Part shown: in pieces, positions 8,781 to 19,700 of the stretch
Layout of the letters: each line of letters starts with the position of its first letter
Position numbering within the stretch: position 1 is the stretch's first letter
Source: Candidatus Viridilinea halotolerans
GTDB taxonomy: Bacteria > Chloroflexota > Chloroflexia > Chloroflexales > Chloroflexaceae
Assembly: GCA_003934145.1 (NCBI GenBank)
Contig: RSAS01000195.1
Coordinates: 1,226 to 44,226 of the forward strand
Direction: 5' to 3'
Length of the DNA: 43,001 nucleotides
Notes under the pieces: model-generated
Seen by the model: the letters and a program-made list of their open reading frames with translations, nothing else
Database searches by the model: none
Told to the model about the DNA's origin: nothing
Position numbers and translations under genes: made by a program

Positions 8781-9991
8781 CATCAGCGGAGCGCAACGTC
8801 GAGTTGGACGCCCACCTCTTCGCGGTGATCCTGGCCTACGGGTGCAACTTGCCGTTGACGACCATGGCAGAAGCATCCAACTTGTCGTACCACCAACTGG
8901 TGCATACGGCGGACTGGTACCTACGCGAGGCGACCATCCGCGAGGCGATCATCGCCCTGGTCGACTACCATCAGAGCCTGCCGCTTTCCGCCGCCTTCGG
9001 CTCGGGTACCTCGGCGATGTCTGACGGGATTCGCTTCGGCGTTACTGCCCGTTCGCTCTACGCCCGCAACAACCCGCGCCTGCCCACGCGCAAGCGCGGC
9101 GTGACGGTCTACGACATGACCAGCGACCAGGGTTCGCAGCCATATCTGGACGTGATCCGCTGCGACATTCGCGAGTCGGCGGCAGTGCTTGATGCAGCTC
9201 TCCACCACGAGACCGAGCTGCCACTCAAGGAGCACTTTACGGACACCCATGGCTACACCGAGTTGATGTTCGGGCTGTTCGATCTGGAGAGCCGGGTCTT
9301 CTCGCCGCGCATTCGCGACCTGCCATCGCAGGTGCTCTACCCGATGCGGCCGGAGCACCGGCGCGGGACACTCGGCGCCCTGTTTCGTGGAGGAGTGATC
9401 AACAAAGACCGCATCCGTGCGAACTGGGATCAGATGCATCGCATCGCCGCCTCGCTTCAGGATGGCACCGTGACCGCGCAGTTGCTCGTGAGCAAGCTTC
9501 AGTCACTCAAGCAGCAACATGGGGCGCACCGGGGGATTCAGGAGTTGGGCCGGGTCTTCAAGACGATCTCGGCACTGACCTACATCAGTGATGAGGACTA
9601 CCGCCGGCGCATCCACCATACGCTGAACAAGGGCGAACTGCTGCACGCGCTGGCGCGCGAGGTGTTCTTTGGGCAGCAGGGGCTCTTCCGCGAGCGCGAC
9701 TACGAGGGGCAACTCAACCGGGCGACCTGCATGAGCCTGATCATCAATGCGATCGTCGTGTGGAACACGCGCTATCTGATGGCCGCCCTCGACGAACTGC
9801 GCCGACAAGGGATGACGGTGAACGACAGCGACCTCCCGTACCTGACGCCGCTGCTCTGGGAGCACATCACCTTCCACGGAAGCTACCACTTCGACCTGCG
9901 GGCGGCGCAGCAACAGAGCGGGCTTCGCCCGTTGCGCCTGCGCCAGACCCCGCCCGATCACCGGACAGACGACGATGCCGATGAGGAGTGA
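8780..9991 (+). pseudogene. tnpA: Tn3-family transposase, C-terminal DDE part only
   Basis: AILAYGCNL-type motif, AMSDGIRF, HFTDTHGYTE, FSPRIRD, ELGRVFKT, LNKGELLHALAR, NAIVVWNT. About 400 aa versus roughly 1000 aa for intact TnpA. Confidence 0.9.
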
Positions 9992-10060
9992 CTCTGGGGA
10001 GGGCAACTTTGTGAAATATTTCGATAGCGTTGTAAATTACACACTCGCTCCTAACAGGCC

Positions 10061-10200
10061 TATAATGAACTGGCTGCGCAGCGCAGTGGGAGGAACGACC
10101 ATAATGGGGGGTTCATCGGCGAGATCCCCGGCTTGCAGGGGGTGCTCGGCTATGCCGAGACGCTGGAAGTGTGTCGTGAGGATCTGGCTTGGGCTGCGCC
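10061..10200 (+). pseudogene. HicB-like antitoxin remnant
   Basis: The frame from 10112 reads FIGEIPGLQGVLGYAETLEVCREDL, a HicB-type signature. There is no intact start, and the fragment abuts the transposon IR. Confidence 0.55.
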
Positions 10201-10396
10201 TGAGGCATACCATTACCGGGGCGACATTGGCGTGGCGTAGGTTTGGCCTCGCCCCAGGGGTAGCTGCGCCGCTGCCCGTCCGCAGTAAACGCCGCCGCCG
10301 CTGCCCACTCAGTTCCCATGTAATGACCAGCCTCTTCGCAGGCGGAAGCCTAGACCTGACCAGTGCCGACATACACTGGCACCCCAAGGAAAACCA

Positions 10397-10856
10397 ATGC
10401 AGATCACTATTCTTGCTGTCGGCTCGCGGGGCGATGTCCAGCCTGCGATTGCTCTCGGAGTCAGTCTCCAGCAGACCGGTCATCGCGTGCGCATCGGCTC
10501 GTATGCCCAGTTTGCCAAGCTCGTCGCGGCCCACGGCCTCGCCTTGGCTGGCCGCCGTTGTCCACCACGGTGGCGCGGGCACTACGGCGGCGGGCTTACG
10601 GGCCGGGGTGCCCGCGGTGATCATCCCGTTCTTTGCCGATCAGCCGTTCTGGGCCGAGCGGGTGGCGGCGCTGGGGGGTGGGCCTGCGCCGATCCCCCGT
10701 CGCCGCCTCACAGCCGAGCGGATGGCGCAGGCGATCACGCAGGCCACAGCACCAGAGATGCGCGCGCGTGCTGCTGAGATCGGTCGGCAGATCGCCGCAG
10801 AGCATGGCGTCGCGCGCGCCGTCGCATACATCGAGCAGGCCCTCAGGATCGCGTGA
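10397..10856 (+). pseudogene. GT1/GT28-type glycosyltransferase with a large internal deletion
   Basis: The N-terminus MQITILAVGSRGDVQP (from 10397) is joined out of frame near 10543 to the C-terminal AVVHHGGAGTT...PFFADQPFWA; the middle of the gene is missing. Confidence 0.85.
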
Positions 10857-11013
10857 GGAACAGATGCTGAGCGCGGATGGTATACGTGCCGCTCACCGTG
10901 CCCGTCACCACCCCCGCCGCCGTCCCGTAGACCTTGCCCTGCCCCGATACGTTGACGTTCCCCTCGATGCCGCCGGTCTGGATGTGGGCCTGCTGGGGAA
11001 CATCTTATTATTC

Positions 11014-11134
11014 GGGACTTGTGCTAGTTCTTTTTTTGCCGCATTAGAACGCGGAGTAGCCAAAATAGTTTAGCAGTGCGCTAGATCGCTGACCGCATCA
11101 CAGAGCCAGCGGCGATTTTAACTAGCACAACCCC
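11014..11134. mobile_element. MITE of about 121 bp with TSD
   Basis: Ends GGGACTTGTGCTAGTT / AACTAGCACAACCCC; TTATTC is duplicated at 11008-11013 and 11135-11140. Confidence 0.7.
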
Positions 11135-11402
11135 TTATTCCGGGAATTTCGTACGCTAAGACGGCTGTACGACCACCCCGCGCTCGATCAGAATGATTCT
11201 GGTACGAGTTTCGGCACCGTTTCCCGGCGTAGATAGAAGGAGGCTCCGAGAGCAGAGAGCATCAGAATGCCCTCGGCTATTCTATGAACTGCCCACATCG
11301 GCGTTATCTCGTACTAGAAGCATGGTTCTGGTACGACACTGCCGCTACGCCAAGAGCCAACCCGAGTGGCTGGCCTTTAGCGTACGATTTTCCCGGAATA
11401 AT

Positions 11403-11502
11403 ACCAATTGCCGTTGAATATGCCGCATAGCAAATTGCGCCAGAGCGCATTGCTATGCGGCACGCCCTACTTGCCACTCGTCACTCATCACTCGTAACTG
11501 GT
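11403..11502. mobile_element. MITE/REP-like insert of 100 bp with TSD
   Basis: Ends ACCAATT...AACTGGT; ATAAT is duplicated at 11398-11402 and 11503-11507; internal palindrome GCCGCATAGCAA...TTGCTATGCGGC. Confidence 0.6.
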
Positions 11503-11518
11503 ATAATAAGGTGCCCCC

Positions 11519-11937
11519 TGATTGAGCAAGCCCTGCGTGACGAGGGCACCAGCTACCACTACCTCCCACCGAGCCGCTACAGCACGCTGGCGCCGAACCT
11601 GCGCGAGCAGCTCAACACCGCCTAGCATGACCAGGGCGTCCCGCGCTACACGGGCAGCAGCTGGACGACCGACGCACCCTTCCGCGAGACGGCTGCGGCG
11701 ATCGCCGCAGCCCGCGCCAAGGGCATCGCCGCCGTGGAAATGGAAGCAGCAGCGCTCTATGCCCTCGCGACGGCCAAAGGCTACGCGATCGTCTGCTTCG
11801 CCCATGTCACCAACACGATGGCGACGGACGGCGATGACTTCGAGAAAGGGCCGGATCAGGGCAGTCAGGCCGCCCTCGCGGTGATCACCGAAACCCTGCG
11901 CTGCTGGCAGGGTTCACGGCACGACCAGCAAGCGTGA
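11519..11937 (+). pseudogene. Nucleoside (uridine/purine) phosphorylase-family remnant
   Basis: ALRDEGTSYHYLP, SWTTDAPFRET and VEMEAAALY are in one frame with an in-frame TAG at 11623-11625. The 5' end is cut at the Tn3 IR. Confidence 0.85.
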
Positions 11938-12036
11938 GCATGCCTGCGCGTACGATGGTTCCGGGATCGTGATAAAGGTGACCCGCTGGCGCGGCTGTTC
12001 GGGGCCGAGGAGGAGAGGTGAGCCACTCGTTTCATC

Positions 12037-12915
12037 GTGATTATCCCGGCCGCTGCGCTACCTGCAACGCGAGCAAACCACATGCATGATTTACCTCACC
12101 ATCCATCGCCGCCCCGCCTGTGCGATATTGCCCCAACTGAGCTTCTTTCCATCATCGAGACTAGCTTTGTGCGCTCATGGCTGCCCTTTGCCCACATCCC
12201 CGGAGCCGCCCTGCACGATGCACCCGACCTGCTCTGGTTTTCGACCGGGCAGCCCGACGCCTTTTTGAACGCGGTGTTACGCACCCAGCTCGCACCAGAC
12301 GAGGCTGATGTGACCATCCAGACCATGGTTGCCACGTTCCGATCACGCATGCTGCCGCTAAGCTGGTATGTCGGCCCAGCGGCCCGCCCGACCGACCTGG
12401 TGGGTCGGCTCCTCACGGCCGGCTTTCGCCACGTCGATACGATGGTTGGGATGGCGATCAATCTGCACACGCGAGCGCCCACCCGCCCGGAGATCCCCGA
12501 CCTGCACATGGTCGAGGTCAACAACGCGGCGACGCTTCAGCAATGGTTTACCGTGTTCCAGGCGGGCTTCGGGATGTCCCATGCGATGCGCGTGGCCTAT
12601 GAAGCGGTGTGTGCGGCGGACGACAGCGCCGACAGCGCTGATACCAAGTATCTCGGCTATGTGGCCGGATTTCCGGTTGCCTGCCTCACCCTCACGCGTG
12701 AAGAAGCCGTCGCGAGCCTCTATGATGTCGCCACCATCCCTGCCGCGCGGCGGCGCGGGATCGGCAGCGCAATGGTGCGAGCCGCGCTGGAGGCGGCGCG
12801 GACGGCGGCGTATCAGACGGCGATCCTTCTGGCGACAGCGGAAGGAGCGGGGATGTATCGGAGGGTCGGCTTTCAGGACTATGGTCAGCTGGGGCACTAC
12901 GTACTTGATCCGTGA
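12037..12915 (+). CDS. GNAT family N-acetyltransferase
   Basis: The C-terminal LYDVATIPAARRRGIGSAM...LLATAEGAGMYRRVGF is an acetyl-CoA binding motif. The true start may be ATG 12082. Confidence 0.9.
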   Translation: MIIPAAALPATRANHMHDLPHHPSPPRLCDIAPTELLSIIETSFVRSWLPFAHIPGAALHDAPDLLWFSTGQPDAFLNAVLRTQLAPDEADVTIQTMVATFRSRMLPLSWYVGPAARPTDLVGRLLTAGFRHVDTMVGMAINLHTRAPTRPEIPDLHMVEVNNAATLQQWFTVFQAGFGMSHAMRVAYEAVCAADDSADSADTKYLGYVAGFPVACLTLTREEAVASLYDVATIPAARRRGIGSAMVRAALEAARTAAYQTAILLATAEGAGMYRRVGFQDYGQLGHYVLDP

Positions 12916-13081
12916 AGCTGCAGGCGTCTCCAGCTACTCGATCCGGCTCTCGAAATCGCTGTGCTGAGTCCCGCCAGCCGCTGGCCCTTGATGGTGACGA
13001 ACGGAACGGCTTGGAGCGTCGCGCGCTCCGCCCAGGGCATCGCCGATGTGGTCGCCCGCCGGTTGGATACCCACCCCAAGC

Positions 13082-13562
13082 CCTACGGACGTCGTCGCGC
13101 CCACGGACGTGGTGGGGGACATTCGTTCTCTATGCGGTCAATGTCCCGATCACAAGCTACGGACGTCGTCGCGCCTACGGGTGGGATGCCACGGCGACGA
13201 TGGACGGCCCGGGCGCGACCACGCATGCATGGCGACCGCCGCTGTAAGGCCGCAGCACGCGCCACAGATTCAGTGCCAGCTCGGGTCTCCATGGACGCAG
13301 TGCCAGCGCGGGCGGCGATGAGGGCGCGTGCTGCGGCCCTACGTCCCCGCGTCCCCACGTCCACGGCGCGGGCGGGGATGACCCATCGCGTACCGACGAT
13401 CCATCGCGGGGCGATGATCGGCCCATCGCCCCCGATGCATGGCGTGGGCGGACGATGGACATAAGGTCGAAGCACGCGCCACACAGCGCCAGCGCGGGAG
13501 GCGATGAGGGCGCGCGCTTCGGTCCTACAAACGTTGTCGCGCCCACAGACGTGGTGGGGGAC
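13082..13562. repeat. Degenerate intergenic direct repeats and hairpins (REP-like)
   Basis: CCTACGGACGTCGTCGCGCCCACGGACGTGGTGGGGGAC at 13082 with near copies at about 13157 and 13524. GCCAGCGCGGG..GCGATGAGGGCGCG occurs twice. There is a hairpin CGGGGCGATG...CATCGCCCCG at about 13407. Confidence 0.5.
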
Positions 13563-13752
13563 GATCCGCCCGTTGTCGGGGATCATGCCCGCCGTGATGC
13601 TTGTGGTGGGGTGCTATGGCATGATGCGATCCTGTCCATAGCTTGGACGTTCGCTAGGTGCGATATGGCGCGATGTTATCGCTATCCACACTAACGATCG
13701 CGGAGTGGCATTGCGTTGGTAATGATTATTCAAACACAGAAAATCAAGAAAA

Positions 13753-16700
13753 TCACTCCTTTCTGTACTCAGATTTCCAGTTAGCTTCTATTTTCATTTC
13801 AGTTGCACCAAGCAGATCATGCCATGTAGTACCTGTTATTTTTGTGATCATGTTATATTCACTAACTCTTCCCTCGGAAGGTCGTAAATCTAATACGTCA
13901 ACTAATTGGTAACTTATCGTAATGTTACCTTGAGAATCAACATCTACATTTGTTATGACAGTCGAGTTTCGGAGAAGCCATGTCAACTCACTAGATGCGA
14001 CTCTCCAAGTATCGATATAATCCATATTATTCAAACTTTGTGAATCAAAGGGATTGACTTTAAATATCCCTTTGAGCGGATTTCTTGCTTGTTCTGAAAA
14101 AGTAACAGGAGCAGTATTACCTCCGAATTTAACTAATCCTATTTCATGATAATTAAACTCCTCGCCATTGCAATATCGAGAATCGTTCTTTATCATCTCT
14201 AGGATTTTTTTCTCGTAATCAATCATGGCAGGATCTTTTCTGATCTTGTCGATTGCTGATTGATCTAGAGTTTTCGTTCTTTGTCTCATTAGCGCAGAGA
14301 CTCCCGATTCCGCAACATCAGCATAGGGTAAAGATGTTTCACTTATCTTTTCCACCTTAACTAATTTTCTCAGACCCTCCCAACTTACAAATGGAATATC
14401 ATATCCGAAAAGATAGCCATAATAATCGATTGTATTAACCGGATCCCCCCCCACATACCCATACCGATGCAGAGTCTTGGGCGAAATGATCTGCCCCCGG
14501 TACGAATCCTGGCTCATCCAGGTGCCGGTGTCGGGGTCGTAGTGGCGGGCGTAGAATTCGTAGAGGCCGGTATGCTCGTTCCACTCTTGGCCGGTGAAGC
14601 TGTAGTGGTTGTGCGGGTCGCTGAAGTTGCCTTTCGGTAGTTCGATCTTGCCGTAGGCTTCGTAGCGGTAGTTGTGGCTGCTTTGGCCTTGGTGCTTGGT
14701 GAGGCCCGCGACGGAGCCGAGGCCGTCGTAGTGGTACCAGAAGATTTGGCCTTGTGTGCCGCTGGGGAAGTGGTGCATCTGTAGGATGCGGCCCTGGTCG
14801 CCCCGGTAGAAGTTTTCGTATTGCGGGTTCCAGGTGTTGTATTCGGCGATCGGGTCGAGGCCGTCGTAGACGTATTCCACCCGTTTGGTGCCGCCCCCGC
14901 CCGTCTTCGGGTCGTATTCTTTGATCACGCGCCGCCCGTTGCCGTCATGATCCATGCTGCTCAGCGCCCGCTCGACGCGGTTGCCCTGTAGGTTTTGCTG
15001 GTAGTCTTGGACGGTGACGAGGCGGTTTTCTGGGTCGTAGTGGTAGTCGCTGCCCTGGATGCGCGGGCCTTGCGGGCCGGGGAACTCTTTGTTGATGCGG
15101 TTGCCGTTGGCGTCGTAGCTGTAGGTGACGGTCTGGAGTTCGCCGCTGGTGCCGTTGTTGGCTGCGCCCGCAAGGCGCAGCTTCGCTATGAGGCTGGTGG
15201 CGACGCCTTGGTTACGCAGGTCGCCCTCAGCAAGGTAGGCTTCGATCTGGCTGCGGAGGGTGTTTAGGGCGGATTCCACCGCTGCGGCGTTGGGCGCGGG
15301 GGTGCCGTAGAGTTGCGCCAAGAGCGCGTCGGCGCGGGCGAGTAGGTCGCTGGCGGCGTCGCCGCTGATGCCTTTGTATTGCTGTGCGGCCACTTCGTGG
15401 CGGAAGGCGTGCAGCGCCTGGGCGCTGTTGTCGGCCCGCTTGAGGCCCGGACTGCCAGGATGGGTGTCGCCCACAACGGTCAAGAGTTGGTTGGTGGCGT
15501 TGTAGCTGTAGTGCAGCGTCTTGCTGTCGAGGGGGCGATTCGTGTCGCTGTTGTCGTTGGTGGTCAGCGTGAGCCGATTGCCTACGGCGTCGAAGCTATA
15601 GTCCGTCCAGATGCCGCGGCTGTCTTCGTCGCGCACGAGGCGGCGTAGCGGGTCGTAGCGGTAGCTGCTCGTCACGACGCTGGGGTTGCGCCAAGCGTAA
15701 GTCGCTTCCATGGTCACGCGCTGGCCGACCTCGTCGTAGGTGTAGACGAAGCGGCTGTTGACGGTGTTGGCCCCGCCGATCTGCCGATTCTCGATGCTCA
15801 ACAGCCGGTTGGCTTTGTCGTAGCTCTGGGTGACGACAGTGCTGTTGGGGTTCTCTTGGCGCACGACGTTGCCCACGCCGTCGCGGACATAGCGCGTGGT
15901 GCGTCCGTCGGGGTCGCTCGTGCTGGCCAGCCAGTTGTTCTTGAGGTAGCTCGAAGTGACGATGCGCCCGTCGGGGTAGGTGAGGCTCAGGCGGTTGCCA
16001 ACGGCATCATAGCCGAAGGCGGTCTGGCGTCCGTGGACATCCTGTTCCTCAACGAGGCGGTTGAGCGGGTCGTAGCTGCGTTCGATGCTGCCTAGGTGGT
16101 TGGTGACGTTCAGGAGGTTGTTGTTCTCATCGTAGCTATGGGTAACGAACGTCCCATCGTGGTAGTCAATGCGGGCCAGTTGGTCGTCGGGGTAGTAGCT
16201 GTAGCGCGTGCGGTTGCGGAGCGCATCAAGGCGCTCGACGCGGTTGAAGGTCTTATCGTAGGCGTAGTCCCACTGGTGGCCCAGCGCATCCACTTCGCGG
16301 GTCAGCCGGTTGAGGCCGTCGAACGCGAAGAAGGTGGGGTTGCCGTTGGCATCGCGGATCTCGACTAGGTTGCCGGTGGCGTCGTAGCGGTAGCGCGTGG
16401 TGACGTTGGTGTCAACGGTGGCGGGCTGGTCGGGCTGCTGGTTGAAGGTGACGCTGCTCAGGCGGTAGAGCGGGTCGTAGCCATAGCCGGTGACGATCCC
16501 GTCGGCTTCGATCATGGCCACTTGGCCGCCGAGCCAATTGTAGCGATAGGCGGTTGTTTCGTCTTCGGCGTTGGTGCGCGTGGCCAGCCGATCCAATTCG
16601 TCGTAGGTGGAGGTTGCGGTGTGGCCGTTGCCGTCGGTGCGCGTCAGCGGATTGTTGTTGGCATCGTAGCTCCAACTGGTCACGTAGCCTTCGGCGTCGG

Positions 16701-19700
16701 TGCGGCTGAGCAGCCGATAGACAATGTCGTAAGTGAAGTTGGTGGTATGGCCGTTGGCATCGGTTTCGGCCAGCAGCAGGCTCACCGGATCATAGGTGTA
16801 GCGCCAGATGCCGTCGGCATTATCGGTGAAGCGCACCACGCGATCCAGGCCGTCGTACTCGTAGGTGCTTGTGAAACCACGCGCATCGCTCAGGCTAATC
16901 AGGTTGTCGAGTTGATCATAGGCAAAATGAACCGCGTGGCCTTCGGGGTTGGTGATCTGCACGATGCGGTTCAGATCGTCGTAGCGACTCGTCGTCGTAT
17001 GGCCATTCGCATCGGTTACGGCAACAAGATTGTTGACGCGGTCGTAGCTCAAGCTGGTGACCCCACCCTCAGCATCGAGGGTCTGCACACGGCGCAGATC
17101 GGCATCATACTGATGCTCGGTGACATAGGTGCCACGCGGATCGTAGACAAAGCGCAGGTTACCCGCGAGATCATAGGCAAAGCGCGTGGTGACATTCTGC
17201 GTGCTACTGGTTGACGCATCCGAGCGCTCGTTCTGAACAAGCTCCTCCAGGCGGTCGAGCGCATCGTAGCGATAGGCGGTCACAATGCCCTCGGGATCGC
17301 GCTGAGCAACCAGATTGCTATTGGCATCATAGCTAAACTGGGTCGTCTGCTGGAGCGCATCAGTGACACTGACGAGCCGATTGGCGGCATCGTAGCCAAA
17401 GGTGCTGGTGAAGCCGCGCGGGTTGGTCATGCTCACCAGATTGCTCATGGCATCATAGCCATAGCGCGAAACCTGCGCCGCCGCCGTCTCCTCGCGCACC
17501 AGACGATCCAGCGCATCATAGCCAAAGGTGGTCGTGCGCCCATTAGCATCGGTCAGCGCCACCAGATTGCCGACGGCATCATAGGCAAAGTGGGTCGCAA
17601 CATTGGTATCGGCGCTGGCCGGTGCATCAGGAACCGCATTGGCAATCGCGGAGACCACGCGGTTCAGGTCGTCATAGACCAACGCCTGCACCTGCTGGAC
17701 GGCACAGATTTCCCCCACAAGTGGACTATTGCAGCGCACCAGCGCAGTCAGGTTACCAACCGCATCGTAGCGGTAGAAGGTATGGCTCTCCTCCGGCCCA
17801 TGCTCAGCGACACGGTTGTAGACCGCGTCATAGGCAAAGTTCCAGACCCGGCCCTCGGCATCCTCAACGCGCACAAGGTTGTTCATCGCGTCGTAGGCAT
17901 AGCCAGTGCGGAGGCCAAGCGGCGTATGCTCCTCGATCAGATTCTCCGACTGATCATAGACCAAGCGGCTCTCGCCCCCATTGGCATTCGTCGCCGCGAT
18001 CAGATTGTCGTTCTTATCGTAGCGATAGCGCACCTGGAAGCCCAACGGCCCATCCAGTTGCAGCAGATTATCATTGCCATCAAAGGTATAGCGCGTCGCA
18101 AAACCACGCCCATTTGTACTACTCTGTAGACGCCCCAGCCCATCATAGGCAAACTGCACCTGATCGCCAGCCGCATTGGTCGAACTGAGCAGATCACCAG
18201 TCGTCGCGTCGTAGCCATTCGTTGTCTGGTTGCCATTGAAATCGGTGATCTCGATGGGCAACCCACGGCTATCGTAGGTGAGCGTACTGCTATCACCAGC
18301 GGCATTGGTAAGGCCAACGAGGTTACCACGCGCATCATAGGCATAGCGCGTAACCCGGCCCTCGGCATCGGTAAACTGCGTCACCTGATCGCGATCATTA
18401 AAGGCCCAGGCGCGGCTCCAACCGAGCGGGCCGGTTTCCGTCAGGCGATTGCCGCGATCATCATACGTATACGTATATTCTCGTCCGAGTGCATCGATGA
18501 AGGAGGTGCGGTTGAAGTTGTCGTCGTAGGTAAAGAACTCAGCAGTTCCATCGGCATAGGTGATCTGCACCAAGCGATAGAGCTCATCGTAGTGGTAGAC
18601 AGTCACATGACCGAGCGCATCGGTGATGGTGGTGGTACGGGCATCGTCGTCATAGACAAACGTGCGCCGTTCACGCTCCCCAACCGTCTGCTCGACTACC
18701 CGCCCACGATCATCATAGGTCTGCTGATTCTTGAAGTGGCCTTCAGGCGTATAAACACTCGCCAGATAGGCATCGGTCGCCTCATAGGGCTGGCCATCCA
18801 CATCGAGCAGCGTGCCGAGGTACTGCTCCTCGTAGGTAAAGGTCGTGACATGGCCGCGTGCATCGGTAAAGGCAACGAGGCGCGTCTCTGCGTAGTCAAA
18901 GCGAAACTGCTTGCCTTCGGGCGCAGTGATGCTATCAATCAACCCTTGGCTGTTGTAGCTCAGGGTGATCGTGCGACCCGCAGCACTACTGATACTCGTC
19001 AGTTGATCGCCGCTATAAGCAAAAAGGAGTGCGTTGCCATTGCGATCTCGCTGCGCGATCAGCCTTCCGGCCTGATCAAACTCATACTCAAGCAGTTGCT
19101 TCGTGATCAGCACCAGTGTTGCGCCGCGCTGCTCAAGGCGATCATGCACATCGGGTGTACGTGAGACCAAGCGACCATCTTCAGCCTCGGCAAAGAGCAC
19201 CTGACGGCCATCGGGATAGATTACCTCATAGCCCTGAAGGAGCAGATTATCGCGCCGGGTTGCGCTCGCCTGGTAGGGAAAACTCCAGCCCTGGCCAGTC
19301 AGCCCAACCGTAGGATCTTGGGCATTGTAGGTGAGCGTCAGATCAATGTCGGCCTCGCCGGGGCCAGCCACAAAGACCACTGGCAAGGTCTCGACTTTAT
19401 TGCCAAGGCCAGGGAGTACCGGGTTGCCAACGCCCACTTCGTAGCCAACACATGGATCGATGCATCCCGTCCCATTGCGACCACGGAAGGTTATGCGGCT
19501 ATTGCCACTAGCACTGGCTGTATTACCCGAAGGATCGCTCGCCGTGATCGTAAAGTTGACAATCTGACCGCGTGGTACATCCCTAAAGACCGCGTTATAG
19601 ATATTGGGGCCAAAATCTGGCGTTGGCGTCAGTTCGGGAGCGAGTCGTCCTGGTCCGCCAGCAATAGTCGCACTCGCAATTCTCCCACTGTTATCAGTAA

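Larger units (their letters stand above)
8029..10060 (+). mobile_element. Internally deleted Tn3-family transposon carrying a tyrosine recombinase; 57-bp terminal inverted repeats
   Basis: 8029-8085 (GGCCTGTTAGGAGCGAGCGTGTGATTTACAACGCTATCGAAAAATTTCACAAAGTTG) is the reverse complement of 10004-10060 with 3 mismatches. The IRs enclose an integrase fragment and a tnpA fragment. No TSD is seen. Confidence 0.85.
10996..11518. mobile_element. Non-autonomous Tn3-family mini-element with 38-bp IRs, each interrupted by a MITE
   Basis: After removing the inserts, the left IR is GGGAACATCTTATTATTCCGGGAATTTCGTACGCTAAG and the right IR (reverse complement) is GGGGGCACCTTATTATTCCGGGAAAATCGTACGCTAAA. The CGTACGCTAA inner end is typical of Tn21/Tn1721-group IRs. 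Confidence 0.7.

Noticed and set aside
8157-9991. Programmed frameshift producing an integrase-transposase fusion
   Set aside because: Both halves lack essential parts and no slippery site is evident; a deletion junction is simpler.
8024-10065. Target-site duplication for the 57-bp-IR element
   Set aside because: The flanks TAGTT and TATAA do not match. No TSD could be supported for the elements at 10996, 38046 or 41462 either.
9975-10856. 293-aa ORF as a real gene
   Set aside because: It is a chimeric frame running through the transposon IR and the hicB remnant; only the last ~100 codons are glycosyltransferase.
11623-11625. Stop-codon readthrough or recoding of the in-frame TAG in the phosphorylase
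   Set aside because: The gene is also 5'-truncated by a transposon end, and other genes here use TAG as a normal stop.
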